DNA of 64,000 nucleotides from the NCBI GenBank assembly GCA_026770705.1, contig JANJGN010000041.1, positions 6,014,001 through 6,078,000 on the forward strand, read 5' to 3'. The stretch comes from Isurus oxyrinchus. Taxonomy: Eukaryota. The position numbers and the translations under genes are program-made. This document shows, in pieces, positions 22,518-35,998 of this stretch (within the stretch, counting starts at the first letter, position 1; the number at the start of each line of letters is the position of its first letter). The notes below the pieces were generated by a model. That model was given only the letters and a program-made list of their open reading frames with translations, did not search any database and was not told the DNA's origin.

Positions 22518-23315
22518 TGTTACGGGAAATTATTTTTAAAATTGAAATTCTAGTGACAGCCTGTGTCTAGGTGTTTGTCTGTGTGTGTTTTCGTTATAAT
22601 AAAGGCAGCTGTTCTTGGTGCTTTGATGTAAAACAATTTTGGAATGTTAATTAGCGAACTGTAAGAATAACATTAACATAAAAATGTCCACTTGCTTTTG
22701 TTCAGAAAACATTCATGGTGGGGGTAAAATTTTGCACCTGACTAGAAGAAGCCACCAAATGTGTTTTGTTTTCAGTTTACTAATATAACTGGTGATATGA
22801 AAGGGTTTTTATTGTCATAAGAGCTGAAGTTCAAAAGACCTTATGATACAACGGGAAATTTATATTAAAACGGAAAAGCTAGCTATATACATAAATGATT
22901 TTGTGCTTGTCTGTAAGGTAGTGGAATTTAAGACATTCCCATCCTCTCCAACCAACTTGCAAATCAAACTCATTTGGAATTTGTAAGGTCCATTATGCTT
23001 TGCCTGGTGTCTATTCAATTTTTATGCAGTTATTGTTGTCATATTGAAGATTTGCCTGTGGGTGATTAATTTGGGAATTTGTTGAAATGTATTATAGTGG
23101 TGAATTGCAACCATATATTTGTGTTTAATTTGTTGTTAAGTTAATTAATGTTTAATTTAGCTTTTTATGTAAATCTCGAGACTCGGTATTCTCATTTCTA
23201 TTAAATTCAAAGTCTGCATTTCTAAATAACAAACTGCACAAATGGGTCACGACAATTGTTTCAAGTTTCGCTGTCGGATTTCAATCACTCAGCCTTTACC
23301 ATTGCCTTTGTCACA
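22518..23315 (+). mobile_element. Solo LTR nested in the Gmr1-like element's 5' region
   Basis: TGTTAC...GTCACA termini; 4-bp TSD ATAG (22514-22517, 23316-23319); homologous to 25285-26086. Confidence 0.7.
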
Positions 23316-25284
23316 ATAGTTTAGGTTTTATTTTTAGATAATGATAAAACATATTTTTAATGCAAACGGCCCCAGAGGTGCGATTAGACCTTTTGCTGCT
23401 GAGATCAATAGGCCTTCATCTCATTTTCCGCACACAGCAACAAGGGAAACCAAGTTTCCCTCTGGGATTTGGATTGCACAACATTTAACCCCTGCTCTGG
23501 TCAGGATCAGTTAGGGGGTTATCTGTGGCCTTAATTGAATTTTATCATTGGGATGGAGTTTATGAATCCAAGGGATACGAGTCCATGAATAACAATGAAC
23601 TCAGGAGTTTGTGCCGATGGACTTTTAAGTCTTTGGACTGAAAAAAAAAGGCTGTGGCAATTGCTATAACTTTTCAGAAAGTGGACATGTGACTGGGAAA
23701 CATTGAAATCACTAACAAAACTCAGCTGAGTGAGTTATCTCATAAGTGCAGGTAGAGATAAAAGTATAATTTCATCAGGCTGATATTGTTAAAACTCTTA
23801 AAGTTGGAGGAAGGGACAAGTTTGACTTACGTGCCTCAGATAGAAGTGGAAAGACTTCAGCTGCAAACTTAGCAGCTTGAACGAGAAAGAGATAGCAAAG
23901 ACAAAGGCTTGAATTGTCAGAAAGCGAAAACGACAAGACATGAAAAATTAGAAAAAAAAGGAGAAAGAAAGAGGGAGAAAAAAGCTTGAAAAAGAGAGTG
24001 ACAGTTTAAAATAAATAGACATTAATAAGCTTGAATGGAGAAAGGGAATCTGGGAAAAATAAAATAACACATGACGAAATAGAAATGCAAAAGCTTAAAC
24101 TTCGATTAGTGCCTAAATTAAGGGTGGATGGTCTTGAAATATATTTCGCCTGATTTGAAAATGTCGCTATCGGATTGCGTTGACTAATAGATGTTTGGAC
24201 TGTAATGTAACAAAGTTTTTGTCAGGTACAAACCTATCAGAGGAACAATCTGCAGATTACGAAGTAGTAAGGAAGGCACTACTAAATGCTTATGAGCGTG
24301 TTCCTGAAGTTTATCAGTAGATGGTAAGTACGTTAAGAAGGAGTCCTAATTAGACTTGTGCAGAGTTTGCAAAGTAAAAAAGAAATAAACTGGGATCAAT
24401 GCTTCAGGGCATTAACATTAGACAAAACGTTTGAAAAAGTAAAAGACGTTATGAGCATGGAAAGGTTTAGAAGTAGCATTCGAGTAAACATTGAGGCGCA
24501 TTTACAAGAAAAACAGAGCAAAAAAGAACAACAAAGATGCTGTTTCCACCTGTATGCACGATATTTCGGATTATAAGTTGAATGCAGGAAAAAAAAACAT
24601 ATGGAAATCTGCAGGGATATTGGAGATGAAGCACCCAAGTGATGCTGAAAGTGTTCGAAAAAGGACCAAGCTGAAGGGCGGCAGCCTATTAAATATCGAA
24701 AGGTGGAAAGTAGCGTTGAAGGGAGGAAACTGGTCAGTTAACACTATTAATGCTGAACATATGAGATCAAAATGTTTGAGGTTAAACAGGAGACCAAATT
24801 CAGTGACAGGAACTCAGAACAGTTTTGTAATAAGCCTATTGTGAACTCCGAGGACCTTGCGCAAGCTAGACCGATGTTTTTTTTTGTACAGTTGGAGCAG
24901 GTAGAATTAGTGGTAGCTAGAGCATTGAGCATGTTTTCACATCTTACCCAAGGTACTCTTGAAGGGCGGGTTACAGAGATGTTCAGAGATTTTACGTGGA
25001 AAGGAAACGGAGATTCCATGTCAAGATGGTAAGCGACAAGAGAGCTAGCCCTTACAAAATATTCTGGAAGAATGTCATATGTTCTCCAGGAGGTTTATTG
25101 CAGGTTCGGGTTATTTTGTGGGATTGTTCGAGCATTAAAAACTATTTCATTGTGCTAAGTAACTACAAAAAAAATCAAATGCAATCAGGAGAGGTGAATT
25201 TCGGGTTCGTAGAGAAATTGCTCATGCAGGGTTCATTTTAATCTCGGGAATTATGTCCCCGGGTGACAGGTATTCACAATGCCT

Positions 25285-26086
25285 TGACATGAAGAGATTA
25301 ATATTGACAATGTTATAGGATTTTTTTTTAACTGGAATTGTAATACTGTTGGTGTCTCTGTTTGTGTCTGTGTATCTTAGCTGGATGAAAGCCAGCTTGG
25401 CTGGGTGACTTGAAGTATAGTAGTTTGCGACATTAATTAGATAATTAGAAGCAGTAAAAGGTGAAACGGAATGCATATTTGTTGAATACACCTTTCAGAA
25501 GAATGGGTAAAATCTTGCTCCTAGCTAGCCGACACCAACCAATTGCATATAAAATGAGTGAAATTATTGTTAGGAGAGGTAAACAAAAAATTTAAAAATA
25601 GTAATGCAATTTGAAAACTTGCATTCAAAGGGTTAGCTTGATTTAATCAGAAATTAGTTTGTACATACGAGTCATTGGCAGCTACGATCAAACAATGCTG
25701 TCAGTCTGGAACTGTTTCTGCAAAAGAAAACAATTGAAATAAACCACAATTTGAATTCTTAAGGTCAATTGTGCTTTCCCTTGTGTCTATTCAAAGTCTG
25801 TTAGTTAATGGTTCCTTGGTGAAGGTTAACCTGGAAGGAATTAATTTGAGAATTTGTTTAAATTGTGTTATGTTAATAATTTGTAGACATGTGTGTACAG
25901 TAACATTTCTTGTTAAATTAATAAATGTTTACTTTAGTTTTGTATAAAAAACCTCGTGATGATTGGTAGTTTTATTTCTGAATTCAGCGCTGTCTCTCAA
26001 GCATACCAGTGTAGGCTAAGACAGTTGTTCAATTTTCCCTTTTGAATTTAAACAACTGAGCCTTTATCAACTGCTGTGTCATAATA
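25285..26086 (+). mobile_element. Solo LTR inserted in pol
   Basis: TGACATGA...TCATAATA termini; imperfect TSD GCCT/ACCT; pol-like reading resumes after it (VVEQPVE); similar length and 3' sequence to 22518-23315. Confidence 0.65.
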
Positions 26087-28559
26087 ACCTTTTGTAGTTG
26101 AACAGCCTGTTGAAGCACAATCAGCTTAGTTTGTACAGAAAGAGAATCATGGTTTGTTTCCAGATTGTGTGGTGACTAAACCACAGGTGTACCAGTTTAA
26201 ACAAGAAGTGGAATAGTCTAACAGACAGGCAGACATACTGAAATTTATTTAGCTGATAAATCCTTGAAAATATTGCTTAGGACCAGAGGGTTGAAGAGGA
26301 TGAGAGTGAAACATTTAGTTCATTAGTGGAGCTAAATTTGCAGTGTCCAGTCCTAACGCAGATAAACAGCACAGTTTATTCTGAAGCAGAAGCAGTATGC
26401 ATTACAGAGTTTAATTACATTCAGAACAATGTGTTAATGAAGAAAATGAGGCATCGACTTGTTCCAGTAGATGGAAATTGGACAGTAGTGCACGAAGTAG
26501 TGATAAGATGTTTGCACTGGAATTAAATTTTGAGAGTGCCTCATAAAATTTCAATCGCTGTATATTTGGGAATTAGGAAAACCCAACTAATTACAACGGA
26601 GAAAATATTGGACTTGATTACATAAAGATGTCGCCAAATTCTGTCAAACATGTCACACATGTCAGGTGAAAGGAAAACCACAAGCATCAGTTGAACCTTC
26701 ACATTTAATTCAAATGCCAGTGTTTGTGGAAACATTTAACAGTGTCCTGATTGATTGTGTAGGGCACTTCCCTAAGATTAAAAACGAGAATCAGTACTTA
26801 CTGACAAAGATATATGTGTCCACGAGATTTCCAGAAGCTTGCCTTGAAGGGAAAGAGCAGCAAAGTTGATTCTAGTGCAGTAAATCATTATTCATTACAA
26901 AATATGGATTACCAAACGAAATGCAGTCGGATCAAGGTGCGAATTTCATCTGTTAAGGACAGCCTAGGAATAAAACTATTTAGGACGACAGCGGATCACC
27001 CTGACTCACAGAGTGGCTTACAAAGTTGATAACAGTGCATAAAGACCATAATTAGTGTATCTGATCTGGATTATCAACATGCTTCTTTTCGAGGGATTCC
27101 ATAATTGTTGTTTTCCATTATCGAGATCATTAACTTGTCAACAGGGTCAGTCCTTATGATTTAATTTATGGTCATGAAGTGTGGGGAAAGTTCAGAATTA
27201 GTCCAGAGAACTCAGTGAGTCAAAATTCAGAAACTATTCGGCTAAATTGAGAGAAAGATTGCGGAAAACATCTGAGGTAACCAGGAAACTGTTCATTATA
27301 CCTCAGCAAGTAACGAAGGCAAATACAGCTGAAAGAGTAACGGGTCTTAGTTTGTAGGCTGTGGACAAAGTCTTAGTGTTTTTGCTAGTGTCAGGTGAAC
27401 ATTTGAAGGCAATGTTTTGTGGGCCTTAGCAGGTTGAAACGGGACGGAAGGTGGAAAACTATGTGGTAAAGAAGCCAATGTGAAAGGAAGAGCAGGCCAG
27501 TGCTCCATGTAAATATGCGTACAGATATTTTAACCGACAGGATAAACAGGAAGAGTTACAGGCATTTGTAAGTCAGGAGACAGAGATAAAGGGTAAGGAT
27601 TCTGAAACTGACGAACCACTGTTTTAATTGCATAATGAGGAAGTACAGAGGAACGTAAATGTGCGGTTAGGTTACCTTCAAGGAAAGCGTCAGAATGATT
27701 GAAAAGAGCAATATTATTCATACAAAGCAATTATTGGAAATAAATTGGGGAATGGATTTTTTCTGTACATGTTACTGTGGTGAGGAATTGAGCTTCAATA
27801 AGGCAACACGGATAGAGATAAACACGAGTAGAATTACCTAAATTGCGGGAAAAAATTGCATTTCTGCTTCAAAATGACATGATAGCGCCTAGATACACTG
27901 ATTGGAGTTCAGCCATTGTTATGGTTCGGAAACCAGATGGGTTACAAGCTCTATGTATTAATTACCGAAAAATGTACGCTACAACAAAAGCAGATTCATA
28001 TCACAGGTTATGATTCGATGAACATATCAAGAAAGTCGGACACTCAGCACCTACCACAAAAATTGACTTGATGTGAGGATATCGACAAGGACCCTTATGT
28101 GAAAGGACATCAGCTTTTCAGACACTGGATGGTCTACATCAATGCCCGTTACTGAATGCCAATTGGCATGAAGAATAAATGCAGCAGCAGTGCATCCTGG
28201 AAGGATAATGGGAAGATGATGCAGTTGCTGAAATGATTGAATTAGAAAAAAAAATTACAGAGCTATGGAGGATGAGAAGATATCGAGTTGGCAGAATTCG
28301 GTAGCTTTGGCCAAGCGCCAACTGAGGCTCAATAGCCAAAATGGCTTTATTTTGTTTAGAATGATTCTTAGTTCAAACACAGTGACGTTTTCTATTAAAC
28401 CTTCAGCAGTTCGATCATTACACAGACCTGTCTCCCTATTAATTACCACAAATCCGGCTTGGGATAGTTAGTGCCTCATCATCACTCTTAAAATGGAATC
28501 AATCCCCATTGTGTGCATGTTATTATTAATTAGTGAGCAGTCGCTCAATTCCTTTAAAG

Positions 28560-28760
28560 AACAAAAATAAAAACAAAAAACTGCGGATGCTGGAAATCAA
28601 AAACAAAAACAGAATTACCTGGAAAACCCAGAACGTCTGGCACCATCGGGGGAGAAGAAAAGAGTTGACGTTTCGAGTCCTCATGAACCTTCAACAGAAC
28701 TCTTTTCTTCACTGCCGATGTTGCCAGACCTGCTGAATTTATCCAGGTAATTCTGTTTTT
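28560..28760. mobile_element. Penelope pLTR-derived hairpin (about 62-bp inverted arms) enclosing a hammerhead-like core
   Basis: Arms 28605-28666 and 28698-28760 are reverse complements; the minus-strand loop reads CTGTTGA-AGGTTCATGAGGACTC-GAAA-CGTC. Confidence 0.8.
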
Positions 28761-28779
28761 CTTTCCTCTAAAGAACATC

Positions 28780-29320
28780 TGTGCTCTGCTTATCTCCCTG
28801 TGACTTTCAGGAGCTCAACAGAGGAAGTTGACAGCTCTGTTGTTGGTAGTTGGATTCCTGTTGCTGGGAAAGACTTTCTATCTCACTCCAAATTATTATG
28901 AAATTGGGAGGTGAGTGCATCTTTCAATAGTGATTCCTGAACAATATTGATAGGAACAGGAGTCCATTCAACGACTCAATCCTGTACTGTCACTGAATTG
29001 GTGCAGGGCAGATATGTGTTGTCTTCACATCGAGGAATCATTCCATCGTGTTGAGCGTCACTCCCACTGTGTCAGAACTGAACTAGCAGCGCCAGACTGT
29101 GCGTATTTGTGGCACTGTGTGCCATTAGCAGCAGCAGAATTGAGTCACAACCACAATCACCAATCACGGACTGGCATATCCCACAAACCACCATAACCGC
29201 CAAATCAAGAGTGCAAACATGGCTCAATGCAGAATGCAGGAGGCAATGTCGGAACCCAAAGCAGCAATGCCGCAACGTCGACGTTCTCAGCTGTAACACA
29301 AACATCAGTGGCATGTATAT
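28780..29320 (+). mobile_element. CR1/L2-clade LINE ORF2 internal fragment
   Basis: RTELAAPDCA..WHCVPLAAAE and WHIPQTTITAKSRVQTWLNAECRR (PWFN-like linker motif). Confidence 0.6.
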
Positions 29321-29334
29321 TAGGAGGAGGAGAA

Positions 29335-29640
29335 GGTATAGTGGCATTGTCACTGAGCTACTGATCTAGCAACCCAGAGTAATTCGCTGGTGGCTTGAGT
29401 TTGAATACTACCCCAGCATATGAACGAATTCAATGAAAAACAGAATATCTGGAATTAAAATTCTAATGGTAACCATGGCACCATTGTCCCTTGTTGGAAC
29501 AACCATACTTTCTGGGCTTAGAAGTGGGTCCTTACCTGCCCTGTTCTACTGTGAATACACAACCACAGCAATTTGTAGTTGACTGAAATGCCCCAGGAAC
29601 TGTCCGAGGCAATAAATCCTCGCCATGAATTAAATAATAA
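29335..29640 (+). mobile_element. HE1-like tRNA-derived SINE
   Basis: A/B-box-like head 'gtggcattgtcactgagcta...gagtttgaat', body 'atctggaattaaaa...ccacagcaat', tail 'gcaataaat'. Confidence 0.6.
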
Positions 29641-29679
29641 TGTTAAATTAATTCAGGCAGATGAGCTAGACTGATGCCC

Positions 29680-30120
29680 GAGTTTCCACAACCAACGGCT
29701 CAGGTTAGTTCAAAGCTGTGCAAATCAGCCATATCTAACTGTGTCCAACATTTAATAAAAACGAAGGAGTAGTGCTATACAACTGCCCCCGTTTTGAATA
29801 GTGTGGGCCGGGAGTCCAGTCACTAATTACCTCCAACCTGAAATGACAAGGTCCATCATGTCTGCTGAGCTCTCGAAAAAAAAATCATGGATGCCAATAT
29901 TTAGTTTTCTGTCCACGGGATGGCACCTAAGGGCTGAAAGATCTGGGTACAGCATCCTGAGAATAATGTGCATAATGTCCATTCAGACTGACAGCTCATT
30001 GCGCACTCCTTGCTGAAGTGTGTTGCGTAGGATTGCCTCATTGCTTCATACCTTCCATAAATCGCTTCCGATCCCCACCACTCAAATACACGTTGTAAGG
30101 TGCCAGACAAACGTTGGAAG
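29680..30120 (-). mobile_element. Possible RTE-clade LINE 3' fragment
   Basis: Degenerate 'LGAIPWTEN' and 'LDSRP...LYS' resemble RTE ORF C-terminal motifs. Confidence 0.3.
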
Positions 30121-30849
30121 TTTTAGAAGTTTTGACATCAAATTGTGTGACCCTCGTCATGTATGGTTCTCCAAATACTCACATCTTCTGTAGTAGGGAT
30201 CACAACCGGAACTTTTTGCTCAGAGGGGGCACCAACACGTGCCTCCTTGAATATGTTAACACCCCTTTGTTTACATTTAAGAACATTGCCTCTGATTAGA
30301 ACACAGCACATTGAAACTTAATGTAACATTCTTACATATTATGCTCAATCTTTCCTAAGGGCTCCTTCACATCATGGTTTTTGATTGTCAACTTTCAGTT
30401 ACATTCCTAACTGAGGCACATCTTCTGTCAGACGGTTTAACAATGACCGATTTCAATATTTTACAACCCACAATCGGTTAAACTATGAAATGTTTATCTA
30501 TCTGGGCAGAGTTCTGTGGAGGCCTGAGAGAAACCACGAGAGACACCACGAAGGAAGGAAAGAGAAGGTGCTGGAGGGAAGATCGAATACAAGTCAAGTG
30601 CAGTGCAAGCAGATTGGCAATGGAAAGAAGAAACTGGTGATGTGAGGGAATATAAATAATATTACAAAGATAAATTTTAGAATTTCGGAGGAATTGTTTG
30701 ATAGTGAGGGTGGGAAAATTCCATCATGGTTCTCAAAAGAGAATTTGATCATCATCTGAAGGGAGGCATATGTACGGTTACGCTGAAAGGGAGTTTGAAC
30801 TGTTTGGTGACTGCCGCCAACCCATGAGCTCTAATTTTGCTTACTAACT

Positions 30850-33800
30850 GTTTTGTATGTGTCTTTATATAAAGCTTACCAAACAATCTAAAGATACCAC
30901 ATCGACCAGCTCCCCTGTATCAATTTGCATAATTGTATACACAACATGTACCATCAGATTGTTTAAACATGATTTCCCTTTCCTAAATCCTTGTTGCCTT
31001 TTCTAAATCCTACCATTTTTATCGAGATATCCTGTTATCACATCCTTTCTTATAGATTCGAACATCTTTCCTAGTAGTTATGCAAATATGAAAGGCTTGT
31101 CGTATTCCCTTTAGTCTCTAACTCCTTTCTTAAATAGTAGGGTTAAGTTTGACACTTTTCAATCTCTACATCTTCCTGAGAATTTTGAATGGTTGTCACA
31201 AATGCATTTGACATCTCGACTGCCACCTTTTATCAGCCCTGCTGCTTAAGGATCATTAGGCCCAGTGTGATAATGCACTTTAAGTGCCATTAATTTCCCG
31301 AATGCTTTTTTTCTCACTTGAATTAAAATCCAACAGATCCTTTTTTTATCTAGCGCTCTGCTTGTCAATCATTTTTGGGATTGGTTAGTATTTTTCTCCA
31401 TGATGACAGACACAAAGTATTTTTTAAATTTGATATGTCATTTCTTTACTACATGAAATACATTCTCCTGACTCTGCCATTGAACATACATTTATTTTTG
31501 GTAATCTTTTCATTTAATTTACATTGAGGAGCATTTCAGAAATTTATTTTGTTTCTCGCTGGTTTATTTGTATGTTCCCTTTCTTATTATTTTTATTGGT
31601 CCTCCTTAGCAGAATTCTAAAATGCTCCCAAATCTCAGATTTACTATTTATCATATAGGCCGCGTAACCCCCAACTGCCCTCCCCCACGGTTTGAAGAGT
31701 TTCCTTGCCAGACTTCTGTGCACTAAAGAAATGTCTTCCTGTTGTAAACTATGTATTCATTGCATAAATGTTAGCCATTGCTTGTCAAACTCCATACCTT
31801 TAGCAAAATTTTCCAATCTATCACAGCCAATCATTCTCCCGCCCCGTCCCCCTGAATTCCTTAACAGTCTCTTTGTTTATATTAGGACCCTTGTCTCTGA
31901 TTGGAAAACAGCACATTGAAACATTATAACATATTATGCTCACTCTTTCCTATTGGCCTGTTAACATCATGAGTACCAATGAGCAATGTTCAGTTGCACA
32001 AGTCTTGATTTGAAATAAAACGTGCACTATTTGAATGATCAACGTGCTGCTCTAGAAAATAATCCTGCAACTTTCCTAATAACTCATTCCCTAAAACATT
32101 AGAAGGAATCAGTTTTACCCACTCTGTACGTAGAGAGAAATCCCCCACAGTTAGATTTCTGTGCTTCATACCAGCATCTCTAATGTAATGATATTTTCAG
32201 AGACTGACATTTCCACCGCAATTTGTTGCAATATAAACAACTCACTGCAATATTTTCTGCTCCCTGCTTTCCGATAGTTGCACACAAACTGATGCTACAT
32301 TTTAACACTTAAAACACCGGTCATTTCTCAGCACAGTACAATGCCCTCTTTGATAACGAGAGCTATCCCAATAACTTTTCCCAGCTTCTTGTCCTTTCAG
32401 AATGTCACATGCCCGAGGATATTCAGTTCCCTGCATTGGTTTGCTTGTAGCCACGTCTCCACAATGTCTATCAGATCAGAAATATCAAGTTATATTTGAG
32501 ATTAGAATTCACTTGTTTTCATGCGAATGATGCTGGCATTCAAAATTAGAGCCATTAATTCATTGTTTTATTACCGTTTTTGCAAACACCGCCCCTTCCT
32601 GCTAGCACACTGCTAAGCTTGCAATTACTTCTCCTTACTTCCATTACCTGATTACCTTCACCTTTATACCTTTAATGATATATTTTCTTGCCATTTCCAT
32701 TTTACTTATTCCAAATGCACGAGATGATCTCTTCACCCTCTGGTCATTTTGAAACCATCTCTTCTCCAATTGAACTTTATCCCGCTGTTAATCTGCGGGT
32801 TTAAGTTTAGACTGCCCCAATGGCAAAACTCCCACTTTCAAAGTACTGGTGCCAGGGTGACTGAATCGGCACTCATTTCTCCTACAGTATTCTTTGAGAC
32901 ACGTATTAACCTTCCTAATTTCATTCACGTTACAGCAATTTTTATATCACACTGGTCATAGGCATAAATTGTTAACGTTTATCTTCTGCTGTTTAACCTC
33001 GTGCCTTTCTACCCCCAATCGCTATGCGGAAATTAATTCCTTCTTGTTCCAATCATTTTTGTACTTACATGGACAACGACCCACTGAATTCACTCCGTAC
33101 AACATAAAGCTCCTCTCCAGCCCGAGCAGGTCTCTGAGAAGCTACAAGCTTGGTGGTAACCCAGCAGCCTGGACTCATGTTTTCAATTGCAGTGAACACA
33201 ACATGACTGTTGCCTATCACTACTATATTCCTCTTCGCTCCACCCATTCGAAACACATTCCTCACTATTGTGTCATGATCAGTGCATTCATCTACCTTGC
33301 AGTCCTCCCCATTCGCAAAGCTTGCACGCACTTCATACCTTTTGAAAACGTCATGGACCAAGGTTCCTTGAAGTCTCATTGCTGGGTCCACTTAACCGGC
33401 AGACGCGCAGTCACCCTCCAGCTTCTGACTCCCGACCAATCCGAAGATCTCTCTAATGTAGGGGGAATGACTGCTTACTGGGGCAAATTGTCCAAGCAAC
33501 ATTTGCCCTCATTGCCTCCCCACAAATGCCTGACCATTTCCACAACTCATAAGCCCACTCAATGTATTCCATCGATAAGTACATTCTGCTAAAATTGGCC
33601 CACCAGCAGCCTGCAAATGCTGACACTGACGCTCATTTATTTAGCCAATTAGTTAATACTTTACAGAGATAAGTTCCCAGAATGTTGCACTCAGCTATAT
33701 TGGAGACGAGGAGGAAAACTGTCCAATGACCGGATGCTCATGAAAATAGGAAAAGAAACACGTCTTGACCTCACTTTCCCAAATTCCCATCTGATTCAAA
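30850..33800 (-). mobile_element. CR1 LINE 5' portion (ORF1 esterase-like, endonuclease, start of RT), decayed
   Basis: ORF 33065-33391 'KRYEV...TDHDTIV...KRNIVVIGNS' (GDS-type ORF1 motif); EN 'DLIDIVETWL' near 32460; RT 'QQGFRKGKSCLNNL' near 30970. Confidence 0.8.
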
Positions 33801-34619
33801 TTATCAACTGCTAAAGCAATCTAGATCTGTCTCAGATGTAGCCGCGTGCCTACATGGCCTTTTTGATGTGCACATTGAATAACCCTGTGTTGTTATAGTA
33901 CATCTAATGACTCACCAGCTAGCTCAGCATTCCCTTACGGCAATTAACATCTATTAGGAGAATCTATTTCAGGGACCTGGTGCCTATTTGCTGATGTGTT
34001 GCCCCAGAAAGAAGTCACCATGCTTAGGATTCGCACATTACCACAGGATGGTTTGGACATGCTGAATAATTGATAGCGGCGTCATTTCTGCACCAGTTCT
34101 TCAGCTTGGTCTGAAATGCTTGATGCTTGTACACTTCTCAATAAATCTTCCAAAAAGATACCACGTTGCCACCATGTTGTGCTCTCATTTTCAAATGAAC
34201 ACACCAAGCACAGGACAGGAATTGGTAAAACGATTTTCGACTTTTTAAACTTGGAAATACATGTAATTTGGTGAAAGGTGACCAAGGAAAATTACCGCTG
34301 ATTAGCGTCTAACATCAACAAACAGTGGTTGGATCACTTATCCGCCATGTTTAACATAAGTTGAAGATGGAATAAAGGTATGAACGACAAACAGTAGATT
34401 TGCTTGAGAAGTACACAAGCATCAACATTTGCAGATCTTTCCAATTGTATTCCGTATCCCTTTTTTCTTCACCGTGACAACATCTGAAAGACTTGAGAAG
34501 CCATTTCTGACCATCATTTAACACTTAGCAACGCTGTGAATCAGCAGTCACGTGCACGTTAGACCGAGTTAAGACGGAAAATGTCATTCCTTAAGCGTAT
34601 CAGATGGTTCGTCCGTACG

Positions 34620-35870
34620 ATCCAAGAATTCTTGCTGGCCACAAATGATAATTGAGAGGACACGCACAGTGTGGTTGGGGGAGGTGTCTGTCGTACAAAA
34701 GGATACTGACCCAGTGACAGTTAAGGAACACTGATGTTTTTCCAAGCTTGGATGGTCCGTGTCTTGGGGAGGTGATTGAATATTGTCTTGCTCCCATCCA
34801 CCTGCTGACCTTATCCTTCGAGGGGCAATTGGCTGTGGAATTGGAAGGTGCAGCCGAAGGGTCTTCATGCTTTCGTGCAACGTATCTTATAGATGGTACA
34901 CACTGCTGCTGTGCATCGGTGGTGGAGGGAGTGTATGTTTGGTTTGGTATGATCATCAAGCGGGCTCTTTTATACTGGATTGTGACGCATTGCTGGAGTG
35001 TCTTTGGAGCTGACTTCATCCTTGAAAGTGGAGAGTATTCAGTCAAACTCCCGACTTGTGCCTTATAGTTAGTGGAAAACGTTTGGGGAATCAGGAAGTG
35101 CATAATTCCCCAGGCTATTCCTGGTTTCAGATATGCCATTGTAGCCACAGTAAATGTGAGACTGGTCCAGAACAGTTTGTGTTCAATGCTGGCCTCCTGG
35201 ATGTTGATATTGATGGTGATGATGATGCCATTGATTGTCAGGGCCAATGGTTAGATTGTCTCCTGCTGTAAATTGTCATTGCCTGGCACTTTTATGAAGT
35301 GATTTTTCCTTGCAGCTATTCAGCGACAGGCTGCATATTTTCCAGAGCCAACATTTATTTGCCTAACACGGTGTTTCTCGCGACTTAAAATACAACCCAC
35401 ACCCCATGCCCCTCACCACACTCCTTGGAGGATGAGAAGAGCTACGTTATTAGCAAGCAGTTCGGCAGGCACGTAATGCCCCGCCGGTTGGGGGAGGCCG
35501 CAACATCCTGACCAGGTCGTGCTGCACATGAACCTGGGCCTCTTCAGTATCTGAGGAATCGTGAATGCTCCTGAACATTGTGCAAACATCAGTGAACATC
35601 CCCACTTCTGACGATATGATGGATGGACACACATTGATGAAGCAACAGACGCTGGTTGGCACTCTGGAATTAACGTGAGGAAATCCTGCAGTGTGCCCTC
35701 TTGCTTTGCACCTAAGGCGAGTTTCCAATTGGCACCATTTTTGTTCCGGCACCTTGATGCCACATTCGGTCAAATGCTGCCTTTATGTCAAAGGCACTCA
35801 TTCTCTCCTCACCATTGGAAATAGCGTTTTTGTCCAATTTTTTCTTACTTTGTTTGGTGATGATTATCCA
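34620..35870 (-). mobile_element. CR1/L2-clade LINE RT C-terminus and tail
   Basis: ORF 34600-35247 'FSTNYKAQVGSLTEYSPL..MKSAPKTL...IQYKRARL'; 'SEVGMFTDVCTMF' (FADD-like). Confidence 0.85.
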
Positions 35871-35927
35871 AAGCACCTCTAAACGTTATATTTAATTCAA
35901 TATGACATCTGGCTGTTGTGGAGGTAC

Positions 35928-35998
35928 ATGCCAAGCCTGACAGACACCATTGAGAGATAAAGACTGTTCATGGCCCGTACCTTGCAGTGCTTGTGTTG
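35928..35998 (+). pseudogene. Candidate decayed first exon for the 36794 receptor pseudogene
   Basis: ATG 35928; after a frameshift IKTVHGPYLAVL then G|GTGAAA; TATA-like 'ttatatttaa' at about 35886. Confidence 0.3.

Larger units (their letters stand above)
22100..28200 (+). mobile_element. Gmr1-like Ty3/Gypsy LTR retrotransposon, decayed and 3'-truncated (gag/SCAN-PR-INT-RT order)
   Basis: Gag 'DYEVVRKALLNAYERVPE' and SCAN-like 'WDQCFRAL..DKTFEKVKDVMSMERF' (24250-24520); integrase 'FCQTCHTCQ' and 'VLIDCVGHFPK...QYLLT...TRFPEA' (26640-26840); RT 'WSSAIVMVRKPDG...CINYRKM..TKADSY' (27900-28000) lies downstream of INT. The 5' boundary is approximate. Confidence 0.85.

Noticed and set aside
32894-33592. 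232-aa plus-strand ORF
   Set aside because: Antisense to decayed CR1 ORF1; non-ATG start; no domain recognised.
34100-34250. Minus-strand FLSCAWCVHLK..NMVAT resembling ILSRGKCGLSK..YMVAM
   Set aside because: Too short, no convincing acceptor or downstream TM motifs; risk of over-fitting.
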